Assembly (NCBI RefSeq): GCF_900626135.1
Contig: NZ_LR130785.1
Location: 629,241 to 653,240, forward strand
DNA length: 24,000 nucleotides
Source: Senegalia massiliensis
Lineage (GTDB): Bacteria > Bacillota > Clostridia > Tissierellales > SIT17
Direction: 5' to 3'
The notes under the pieces are model-generated. The model was not told where the DNA came from. It saw nothing but the letters and a program-made list of their open reading frames with translations, and did no database searches. Of this stretch, positions 7,539-15,478 are shown one piece after another (the first letter of the stretch is position 1; every line of letters begins with the position of its first letter). A program made the position numbers and the translations under genes.

Positions 7539-8447
7539 ATGAGTATAATAACTGTAAATGGAGAGATAGATAAAAATAGCTTAGGGTCGACTTATATACA
7601 TGAGCATTTAAGTGTTGATTTATCAGCTCATAAAAAAGATCCTGATACTAATTTTGATGATGTGGAATCATTGATTGATGAGATTAAAAATATAAAAAGT
7701 AAAGGCATAGATAGTATTGTAGAAGTTACAAATAGAGGTATGGGCAGAAATATAGAAGTAATGAAAAGAGTAGCAGATGAAACCGGAATCAATGTTATAG
7801 CTAGTACAGGATTTTATAAGGAACCTTTCTTGCCATCATATGTATATGAAATGGAAGAAAAAGAGTTAAGTAAGCTTTTAATAAAAGATCTTACAGAAGG
7901 AATAGATAATACTGATATTAAAGCCCATGTAATAGGTGAAATTGGTACTAGTAAGGATACTATGACAGATATGGAACATAAAATATTTAGAGTAGCAGCT
8001 AGAGCTCATCTTGAAACTGGTAGAGTTTTCTCTACTCATACTACATTAGGAACCTATGCTATAAAACAAATAGAATTTATGAAAAAACACAATATTGATC
8101 TTAGTAAAGTAGTTATAGGTCATTTAGATTTAAACTGTGATTCCGATTATCATTTAAGAATTGCTGATAATGGATGCTATTTAGCTTTTGATACAATAGG
8201 AAAAAATAATTATGAGAAAGATGAAGTACGTGTTAAATATATAAAGAATTTAATAGATAGAGGACATTTAAATCAAATAGTACTTTCTCAAGATATAACT
8301 AGAAAATCTCATTTAAAAATGAATGGTGGTATTGGTTATGATCATTTAATAGATAATTTTATACCAAAGCTTTTAGAGGCAGGAATAACACAATCACAAA
8401 TTGATAAAATGTTAAAAGAAAATCCACGTGAATTATTGGATATATAG
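7539..8447 (+). CDS. php: Phosphotriesterase homology protein (Php/YhfV-like amidohydrolase-superfamily enzyme)
   Basis: 302 aa. HxH metal motif TYIHEHL. VIGEIGTS carries a Glu where phosphotriesterases have the carbamylated Lys, as in E. coli Php. The further ligands STHT, IGHLD and LSQD are present. Confidence 0.82.
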   Translation: MSIITVNGEIDKNSLGSTYIHEHLSVDLSAHKKDPDTNFDDVESLIDEIKNIKSKGIDSIVEVTNRGMGRNIEVMKRVADETGINVIASTGFYKEPFLPSYVYEMEEKELSKLLIKDLTEGIDNTDIKAHVIGEIGTSKDTMTDMEHKIFRVAARAHLETGRVFSTHTTLGTYAIKQIEFMKKHNIDLSKVVIGHLDLNCDSDYHLRIADNGCYLAFDTIGKNNYEKDEVRVKYIKNLIDRGHLNQIVLSQDITRKSHLKMNGGIGYDHLIDNFIPKLLEAGITQSQIDKMLKENPRELLDI

Positions 8448-8458
8448 GGGGAATATAG

Positions 8459-9565
8459 ATGAAAGCATATCCTATAGAGACTATTAATATAGATAAGGCA
8501 AAAGAAAAACAATTTAAACTAGTTGATATAATTCATCAACATTTTGATGGTTATGAATTTCTCCAAAATGGAGATATGGGTGTAGTGCCAGGTGTAGGTG
8601 GTCCAAAATATACTAGAAAAGTAGAAAGTGTATTAGCAGATTTTTTTGGTTCAGAAGATGCTGTTTTAGTTCGTGGCTCAGGTACTGGAGCTATAAGAAA
8701 TGTAATGAATACAGTATTAAAACCTAATCAAAAAATATTAATTCATGATGCACCAATATATCCAACTACAAAAGTAATAATTGATAGTATGGGAATTGAA
8801 ACTATTAAAGTTAATTTTAATAATATTTCAGAAAAAGATGAAGAAAAAATTAGAAATATAGACTTTGCTCTAGTTCAACATTCAAGGCAAAAATTAGATG
8901 ATAGCTATAATTTAGAAGATGTAATAAACAAAATTAAAAAGGTTAATAAAAATATAAATATATTAGTAGATGATAACTATGTTGTAATGAAAGCTGATAA
9001 AATAGGCGTAGAACTTGGAGCAAGTGCAAGTGCTTTTTCATTATTCAAATTATTAGGACCAGCAGGAATAGGTTGTGTTGTTGGTAATACAGAAATAATA
9101 GAGAAAATAAGGAATATTAACTATTCTGGCGGTAGTCAAGTTCAAGGATATGAAGCTATGGATGCTTTAAGGTCATTAGTATATGCACCTGTTTCACTAG
9201 CAATTCAAGCTGAAGAAGGAAATAAAATTATAGATACATTAAATTCAGGAAAAATTAAAGGGGTAAAATCTTCTCTTATTGCAAATGCACAATCAAGAGT
9301 TATATTAGTTGAGTTTGATGAACCTATAGCAAAAAAAGTTTTAGAATATAGTTCAAAATTAGGGGCAGCTCCTTACCCAATTGGAGCTGAATCTAGATAT
9401 GAAGTTACTGCTATGTTTTATAGAGTTTCTGGGACGTTTTTGAAATCTAATCCTAAGTTAGAAGATTATATTATACGTATAAATCCAATGAGAGCAGGTT
9501 CAAAAACTGTTCTTAGAGTATTAGAGCAAGCTATAGAAATGGCCCTTCAAAGAGGTGATAATTAG
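8459..9565 (+). CDS. yhfS: YhfS-like fold-type-I PLP-dependent enzyme
   Basis: 368 aa, against about 361 aa for E. coli YhfS. Motifs: GSGTGAIRN, VDDNY and SAFSLFKLLGP (candidate PLP lysine). Confidence 0.65.
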   Translation: MKAYPIETINIDKAKEKQFKLVDIIHQHFDGYEFLQNGDMGVVPGVGGPKYTRKVESVLADFFGSEDAVLVRGSGTGAIRNVMNTVLKPNQKILIHDAPIYPTTKVIIDSMGIETIKVNFNNISEKDEEKIRNIDFALVQHSRQKLDDSYNLEDVINKIKKVNKNINILVDDNYVVMKADKIGVELGASASAFSLFKLLGPAGIGCVVGNTEIIEKIRNINYSGGSQVQGYEAMDALRSLVYAPVSLAIQAEEGNKIIDTLNSGKIKGVKSSLIANAQSRVILVEFDEPIAKKVLEYSSKLGAAPYPIGAESRYEVTAMFYRVSGTFLKSNPKLEDYIIRINPMRAGSKTVLRVLEQAIEMALQRGDN

Positions 9566-10741
9566 ATGTTTTTAGATATGACAATAAAAAGAAATGAAAA
9601 CTTAATAAAATCTGCAATAGACCTTCATAAAAATGGTCTAATTAAACCTAATTCATATGTATTAGATATAGATTCTATAAGAGAAAATGCATCTAAATTA
9701 GCTAAGAAAGCAAAAGAATTAAATATAGAATTATATATGATGACAAAACAAATAGGTAGAAATCCTAAAGTTGCTGAAATAATAGCAGAAAGTGGTATCA
9801 AAAAAGCTGTAGCTGTAGACCCATGGGAAGCTATAAGACTAGCAGAATCTGGAGTGAAACTTGGAAATGTAGGTCATTTGGTGCAAATACCTACTAGTAT
9901 GATTAGACAAATTCTATCTTATAAGCCTGAAGTAATAACAGTATTTACATTAGATAAAGCAATAGAAATTTCAGAACAGGCTATAAAATTAGGAATGGTT
10001 CAAGATATATTATTAAAAGTTGTAGGAGAAAATGATAGATTATATCCAGGACAAATAGGTGGATTTAAAGAAAAAGAACTTATACAATATGCAGATAAAA
10101 TAAGAAAATTAAAGGGAGTAAATATAGTAGGAGTTACTGCTTTTCCATGCTTTTTATATAATTATGAAGCGAATAAAATAGAACCTACAAAAAATGCTCA
10201 TACAGCTATAAGATGTGCAAACATGTTAAAGGAAAAGTTAGATATCAACATAAAACAAGTAAATATTCCTAGTGCTAATACTATAGCTTCATTACCATTA
10301 TTAAAAGATATGGGAGGTACTCATGGAGAGCCAGGTCATGCTTTAACAGGTACTACACCTCTTCATGGTGACAATATATTAGAAGAAAAACCTGCTATGG
10401 TTTATGTAAGTGAAATATCACATTGTTTTGATGATAAGGCATATGTATATGGTGGTGGCTTTTATAGAAGATCTAGAATGAAAAAGGCTATGGTAGGTAA
10501 AGATTTTGAAAAGATGAAAGAAAATATATTTGAAATAGAAGAAATTGATCCTGAAGCTATAGACTATTACGGTACGTTAAAACTTGGAAATAAAAGTGTA
10601 GAAGTAGGAGATACAGTAATATATGCTTTTAGAACACAAATATTTGTAACAAGAAGTGAAGTAGTTTTAGTTGAAGGAATACAAAAAAACAATCCTAAAA
10701 TTATTGGAGTTTATGATAGTCAAGGAAATGAAATACGATAA
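9566..10741 (+). CDS. yhfX: YhfX-like fold-type-III PLP enzyme (alanine-racemase N-terminal-domain family)
   Basis: 391 aa, against about 387 aa for E. coli YhfX. YMMTKQIGRNP holds the candidate PLP lysine. The ATG directly abuts the yhfS stop (TAG ATG). Confidence 0.65.
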   Translation: MFLDMTIKRNENLIKSAIDLHKNGLIKPNSYVLDIDSIRENASKLAKKAKELNIELYMMTKQIGRNPKVAEIIAESGIKKAVAVDPWEAIRLAESGVKLGNVGHLVQIPTSMIRQILSYKPEVITVFTLDKAIEISEQAIKLGMVQDILLKVVGENDRLYPGQIGGFKEKELIQYADKIRKLKGVNIVGVTAFPCFLYNYEANKIEPTKNAHTAIRCANMLKEKLDINIKQVNIPSANTIASLPLLKDMGGTHGEPGHALTGTTPLHGDNILEEKPAMVYVSEISHCFDDKAYVYGGGFYRRSRMKKAMVGKDFEKMKENIFEIEEIDPEAIDYYGTLKLGNKSVEVGDTVIYAFRTQIFVTRSEVVLVEGIQKNNPKIIGVYDSQGNEIR

Positions 10742-10758
10742 ACAAGGTGGTGACAAAA

Positions 10759-11967
10759 TTGAAAAAAAGAGCAATAATATTAATATTAGATAGCTTAGGT
10801 GTTGGATATATGGATGATGTAGAAGAAACTAGACCTCAAGATATAGGTGCAAATACTTTTAAGCATATATTAGATAATGCTAAAAATATAGAAATACCTA
10901 ATTTAGAAAAGCTAGGCATAAATAAGATAGTAAAGCATAATAGACTTAAGGAAACTAAAAATAAAGCTAGTTATGGTAAATTAAATCTTAAGCACTATGG
11001 AGCAGATAGTTATGCAGGTCATCAAGAGATTATGGGAACTGATCCAAAAAAACCTTTGATGAAACCTTTTGTGTATTATATAGATAAAGTAAAATCAGCT
11101 TTAGAAGAGGCAGGATATAAGGTTCAAATACCAAATAAAGAAAAACCATATATATTGGTAAATGAATTAGTAGTAGTTGCGGACAATATAGAGACAGATT
11201 ATGGACAGATATATAATATAAGTGCTCCACTTGATTATATATCCTTTGACGAAGTTATGGAAATTGGAAAGATTGTAAGAAAAAATGTAGAAGTGAATAG
11301 AGTTATAGCTCTAGGTGGTAGAGATGTAAAACTAGAACAATTAATTGATAGTATAGAGCAAAGGGAAGATGGTTTAGTTGGTGTTAATTCTCCTAAATCA
11401 GGAGTGTATAAATCAGATTATCATGCAAGGCATATGGGATATGGTGTTGACCCTGAAAAACAAATTTCATCTATATTATCAAATTCAGATAAAGAAGTTA
11501 CTTTGATTGGCAAAATGCAAGATGTTATTGAATGTAGTGATGCAACTAAAATACCTGCAGTTGATACAGAACTAGTAATGGAAAAAATATTAGTTAGTCT
11601 TGATAATATGAATGAAGGGTTAATATCAGCTACAGTTCAAGAAACAGATTTAAGAGGACATGCACAAGATGTAGAAGGATATGCTGAAAAGATAATGATT
11701 GTAGATAAATATTTAGAAAGCATATTAGAAAAAATGACTGACGAAGATATTTTATTTATAAGCGCAGATCATGGAAATGACCCTACAAGTGATAATAGTC
11801 AACATACTAGAGAAAAGACATTTTTATTGGTATATGGTAAAAATATAAAAAATGTTAATATAGGTGAAAGAAAAACTCTCTCAGATATATCAGCTACAAT
11901 AGCAGATTATTTTAAGGTAAATAAGCCTGAGAATGGTGAAAGTTTTTATGATATGTTAGTTGAGTGA
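10759..11967 (+). CDS. yhfW: YhfW-like phosphopentomutase-family (alkaline-phosphatase superfamily) mutase
   Basis: MKKRAIILILDSLGVGYM resembles the DeoB N-terminus. GADSYAGHQE aligns with DeoB GKDTxTGHWE, placing Ser at the phospho-acceptor position. ISADHGNDPT matches the ADHGxDP metal motif. TTG 10759 is 8 nt after AAGGTGG; the track start is GTG 10747. Confidence 0.75.
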   Translation: MKKRAIILILDSLGVGYMDDVEETRPQDIGANTFKHILDNAKNIEIPNLEKLGINKIVKHNRLKETKNKASYGKLNLKHYGADSYAGHQEIMGTDPKKPLMKPFVYYIDKVKSALEEAGYKVQIPNKEKPYILVNELVVVADNIETDYGQIYNISAPLDYISFDEVMEIGKIVRKNVEVNRVIALGGRDVKLEQLIDSIEQREDGLVGVNSPKSGVYKSDYHARHMGYGVDPEKQISSILSNSDKEVTLIGKMQDVIECSDATKIPAVDTELVMEKILVSLDNMNEGLISATVQETDLRGHAQDVEGYAEKIMIVDKYLESILEKMTDEDILFISADHGNDPTSDNSQHTREKTFLLVYGKNIKNVNIGERKTLSDISATIADYFKVNKPENGESFYDMLVE

Positions 11968-12140
11968 AAATGATTAAAAACTCTTTTCTGTGAATAATTT
12001 CTTAGGAAATTTAGAGAAGGATATAGTGATTATCTTGGAATTATGATGAAAATACAATTGAAGATATTGATGAGAAAGTCAATAATAATAAATGATTTTT
12101 TATAAAATGACTTTATCTCTAAGTTTATTTAATAAAAAGC

Positions 12141-12169
12141 TTGCTATAAGTTATAATCTATGGTATTAT
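12141..12169 (+). promoter_or_regulatory. Candidate csp promoter (TTGCTA-17 nt-TGgTATTAT)
   Basis: The -35/-10 spacing is 17 nt with an extended TG. This would give a leader of about 125 nt, typical for cold-shock genes. A TATAAT at 12152-12157 is an alternative -10. Confidence 0.45.
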
Positions 12170-12304
12170 AGATTATAACTTAAATTAAGAGTAAATAGTA
12201 ACACGATATATATCTATACGTACTATTCAATATAGTATCCAGCTAGATTTTATTAGTGGATTATTAAAATGAGTTTAAGAAATAAAATTTAGGAGGTACA
12301 CATT

Positions 12305-12502
12305 ATGAATGGTACAGTAAAATGGTTTAACGCAGAAAAAGGATTTGGATTTATCACAGGAGAAGACGGAAAAGATGTATTCGCTCACTTTTCTCAAATT
12401 CAAAAAGATGGTTTCAAAACTTTAGAAGAAGGTCAAGAAGTAGAATTTGACGCAGTTGAAGGACAAAAAGGTCTTCAAGCAGAAAATATCGTTGCTAAAT
12501 AA
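12305..12502 (+). CDS. Cold-shock protein, CspA family (single CSD)
   Basis: 65 aa. RNP1 KGFGFI and RNP2 VFAHF motifs are present. RBS AGGAGG. Confidence 0.95.
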   Translation: MNGTVKWFNAEKGFGFITGEDGKDVFAHFSQIQKDGFKTLEEGQEVEFDAVEGQKGLQAENIVAK

Positions 12503-12512
12503 TTGATATTTC

Positions 12513-12546
12513 AACCCTAGGATATAATATATTCTAGGGTTTTTTG
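12513..12546 (+). terminator. Rho-independent terminator of csp
   Basis: The stem aaccctagga/ttctagggtt is followed by tttttg. Confidence 0.8.
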
Positions 12547-12724
12547 ATGCCTATAATTCTAATTTTGTGACTAAAGGTAGAAATGAAGGCATAAGTTATT
12601 TTATGTATCAGTATTTATCATTAGCAGAACAAATAGTAGAACCACATAAGGAATATCACATTATAATAATGGAATTATATGATAGTTTTTAATATTGTTT
12701 GACATGGTAGTTTTATTATCCCTA

Positions 12725-12733
12725 TGGTATAAT
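12725..12733 (+). promoter_or_regulatory. Possible extended -10 promoter (TGgTATAAT) for the two-component operon
   Basis: TGgTATAAT at 12725-12733. No acceptable -35 at 17 nt; the TTGACA at 12699 is 23 nt away. Confidence 0.35.
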
Positions 12734-12846
12734 ATCCACAGATTTATAATAACTATATGTAACTAATAATATGATGATTACCTTAAATAATAGGATTATA
12801 GGTTGCCTTTATTAATCTAAATTTAGCATGTTAGGAGTAAAATATA

Positions 12847-14427
12847 TTGATAAAAGTTATTATAGCAGACGATGAAAAAAGAATATTAAAACTCATAGAA
12901 AAATTAATTCAATGGGAAAAATTAGGTCTACAAATTGTAGGAAAAGCTAATGATGGTATAGAAGCAATAGAGCTTATAAAAGAAAAGAAGCCAAATATAG
13001 TTATTACTGATATTCGTATGCCTGGTTATGATGGCTTAGAAATGATAGAAAGAGCAAGAAATATAGATGAAAATTTACAGTTTATTATCATAAGTGGATA
13101 TGAACAATTTGAATATGCTAAAAAGGCAATAGGCTTTGGAGTAAAGGATTATTTATTAAAACCTATAAATAAACAAAAACTCACTAGAACATTAATTAAT
13201 GTAAAAAAACATATCAAAGAAAATATTGATATAGAAATTGTAAAGAAAGATGTTAATTTAATAAGAACATCTTTTTTAAATAATGCTCTTTTTAAAAATG
13301 AAGGATTAAATAATACTAATGTATCTCAAGTTAATGAAAAATATCATTTTAACTTTATAGAAAAATATTTTAATGTTGTTTTATTTAAAATTGATTATAA
13401 TACAAAACTATATAATGATATAACAGTTATGACTACAGAAATAGTTAATATAATCAAAGAAAACTTAAAATCAGATGTAAATGAATGTGAAATTATAACA
13501 AACAAAAATAATATATATTTAATATTAAATTATAATTTAAAACAATTAGAAAATATTGAAATATCCATACAACAGGTGCATAAAAAAATAATTGAGTATA
13601 TTATCGGAATAAAGAATTTTCAAGTAACCATTTCATATGGAAGTCAAGCTCAGAAAATTAATGATCTAAATATTTCTTTCCATGATTCTAATTCAATTAT
13701 TGAAGATAGAATACTTTATGGTAAAAACAAAATATATAAATATAAAGAAATATTACCTATAAAAAAAGAGGTAGAAGATATATTTTATGTTTTTTTCAAA
13801 AGATTTATAAAGTATGTGGAAATGTTAGATTATGCAAAAATAGAATATAGTTTTATGAAATTTAAGCAAGATATAAGCAATATGCCTTTAAGAGGAATAA
13901 ATTTAAAAGATTTTTTTCAGGAACTATTTAAAGCATACTATTTAGTATTAAAAAACAATAAATTCAAAAAGAATAATTTAAGTGAAGAACATAAAGATAT
14001 TAAAAATATTATTGATAATTCAGATTCAATAGACGGATTATTTAGTGATTCATTACAATATTTATTAGAAGATATAAATTCAATAACTAAAAAAAGCTTT
14101 CAAAATAATATGATAGAAATAATAAAAGCTAAAGAATTTATAGAAAAAAATTATATGGAAAATATAAAGTTAGAAGACGTAGGAAACTATATAGGATTTA
14201 ATCCAAGTTATTTTAGTAGTGTTTTTAAAAAAGAAACAGGCACTTCCTTTGTAGAATATCTTTCAATGGTAAGAATAGAAAAAGCCAAAGAATTATTAAA
14301 GGAATCTGATCTTAAGATTCAAGATATATCTAGTATGATTGGCTATAATGATTCTAAATATTTTACTAAGACATTTATAAAATATAGTGGCTTAAAACCA
14401 AAAGAATATAGAAAACTATTCGTGTAG
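12847..14427 (+). CDS. Response regulator, REC plus AraC-type HTH output (YesN-like) with an unusually long middle region
   Basis: REC motifs DD(8-9), D55 in VITDIRMPGYDG, and LLKP. The C-terminal AraC HTH pair runs YFSSVFKKETG...YFTKTFIKYSGLKPKEYR. TTG start is 9 nt after AGGAG. About 300 Asn/Lys/Ile-rich residues lie between the two domains. Confidence 0.88.
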   Translation: MIKVIIADDEKRILKLIEKLIQWEKLGLQIVGKANDGIEAIELIKEKKPNIVITDIRMPGYDGLEMIERARNIDENLQFIIISGYEQFEYAKKAIGFGVKDYLLKPINKQKLTRTLINVKKHIKENIDIEIVKKDVNLIRTSFLNNALFKNEGLNNTNVSQVNEKYHFNFIEKYFNVVLFKIDYNTKLYNDITVMTTEIVNIIKENLKSDVNECEIITNKNNIYLILNYNLKQLENIEISIQQVHKKIIEYIIGIKNFQVTISYGSQAQKINDLNISFHDSNSIIEDRILYGKNKIYKYKEILPIKKEVEDIFYVFFKRFIKYVEMLDYAKIEYSFMKFKQDISNMPLRGINLKDFFQELFKAYYLVLKNNKFKKNNLSEEHKDIKNIIDNSDSIDGLFSDSLQYLLEDINSITKKSFQNNMIEIIKAKEFIEKNYMENIKLEDVGNYIGFNPSYFSSVFKKETGTSFVEYLSMVRIEKAKELLKESDLKIQDISSMIGYNDSKYFTKTFIKYSGLKPKEYRKLFV

Positions 14428-14436
14428 GTGTGTGAA

Positions 14437-15450
14437 ATGAAATTTAAAAAAGATAATTATTATTTATTAGATAGAATATGGATACTTTTTATTATTAATT
14501 TTGTAGCAAATATTATAGTTTTTATATATTTATTATTTAATATTGAAACTATAAGTAATTATATTTTTTTAGCATTATGGTCTATTTTTATAATTGGAAT
14601 AGTTTATATTTCATATAAATGGGTCTATGAACCACATAAAAAGATAGCTAAAGTTTTAAAATTATTTTATAAAGGAGATATCTTCAAAGGTGTATTTAGT
14701 CTTAGAGTGCATATAAGTCATGAAACATATAAGACCTTTGCAAAGTTTAGAGAAATAATAGATACAAAAGAACTTATAGAAGGTTCCAAAAAACATGCTG
14801 AATATTTAGCACTTCAAAATCAAATCAACCCTCATTTTCTATATAATACCCTTGAAGCAATAAGGAGTGAGGCATTAATAGAAGAGGTTGATAGTATAGC
14901 AGATATGACAGAGTCTCTAGCAACATTTTTTAGATATACAATTTCAAATATATCTAAACTTGTTACTCTTAGTGATGAATTAGAAAATTTGAAAAATTAT
15001 TATAAGATTCAAAAGTTTAGATTTGATGATAAAATAAATTTAAATATTAAATATGAGATAGATGATATAGGACAAGCATTGAGAGCTAAAATCCCTAAAT
15101 TAACTTTACAACCTATTTGTGAGAATGCAATATTTCATGGATTAGAAACAAAGGTTGGTAAAGGAGAAATAACTTTAAGAATTAGAGCTACTGAAAAAAG
15201 ACTTATTATTTTAATATCAGATAATGGTGTAGGAATTGATGAAAAAAAAGTTGATAAAATAAATAAAAAACTTAGAGGAGCATCCTTAGAATATATGAAA
15301 AAAGATAGTAATAATCAAGGTGGTATAGCCTTGATTAATGTAAATAACAGAATAAAACTTATTTTTGGTGATGAATATGGTATTTATATGTATAGTAGGT
15401 TAGGTGCTGGAACTGATGTTGAAATAACTATACCATTTGTATTAGATTAA
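14437..15450 (+). CDS. Sensor histidine kinase, YesM/LytS-type (His_kinase PF06580-like plus HATPase_c), two TM helices with a loop of about 7 residues
   Basis: H-box LQNQINPHFLYNTLEAI, N-box ENAIFHGL, G-boxes DNGVGI and GGIALINV. TM1 ILFIINFVANIIVFIYLLF and TM2 YIFLALWSIFIIGIVYISY are separated only by NIETISN. The track start GTG 14428 abuts the upstream stop; ATG 14437 follows TAGGTG. Confidence 0.85.
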   Translation: MKFKKDNYYLLDRIWILFIINFVANIIVFIYLLFNIETISNYIFLALWSIFIIGIVYISYKWVYEPHKKIAKVLKLFYKGDIFKGVFSLRVHISHETYKTFAKFREIIDTKELIEGSKKHAEYLALQNQINPHFLYNTLEAIRSEALIEEVDSIADMTESLATFFRYTISNISKLVTLSDELENLKNYYKIQKFRFDDKINLNIKYEIDDIGQALRAKIPKLTLQPICENAIFHGLETKVGKGEITLRIRATEKRLIILISDNGVGIDEKKVDKINKKLRGASLEYMKKDSNNQGGIALINVNNRIKLIFGDEYGIYMYSRLGAGTDVEITIPFVLD

Positions 15451-15478
15451 TTTTAAATTTAAATAAAAGGTTGATATT

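Noticed and set aside
11968-12140. Searched for a terminator or small genes after yhfW
   Set aside because: Only 4-bp stems and trivial ORFs of 7-20 codons without an SD are present. No convincing rho-independent terminator can be called, so the operon's 3' end is undefined from sequence alone.
12699-12704. Perfect TTGACA -35 hexamer upstream of the two-component operon
   Set aside because: It lies 23 nt from the only good -10 (TATAAT 12728-12733). No -10-like hexamer sits at 16-18 nt, so it is unlikely to act as a -35 for that box.
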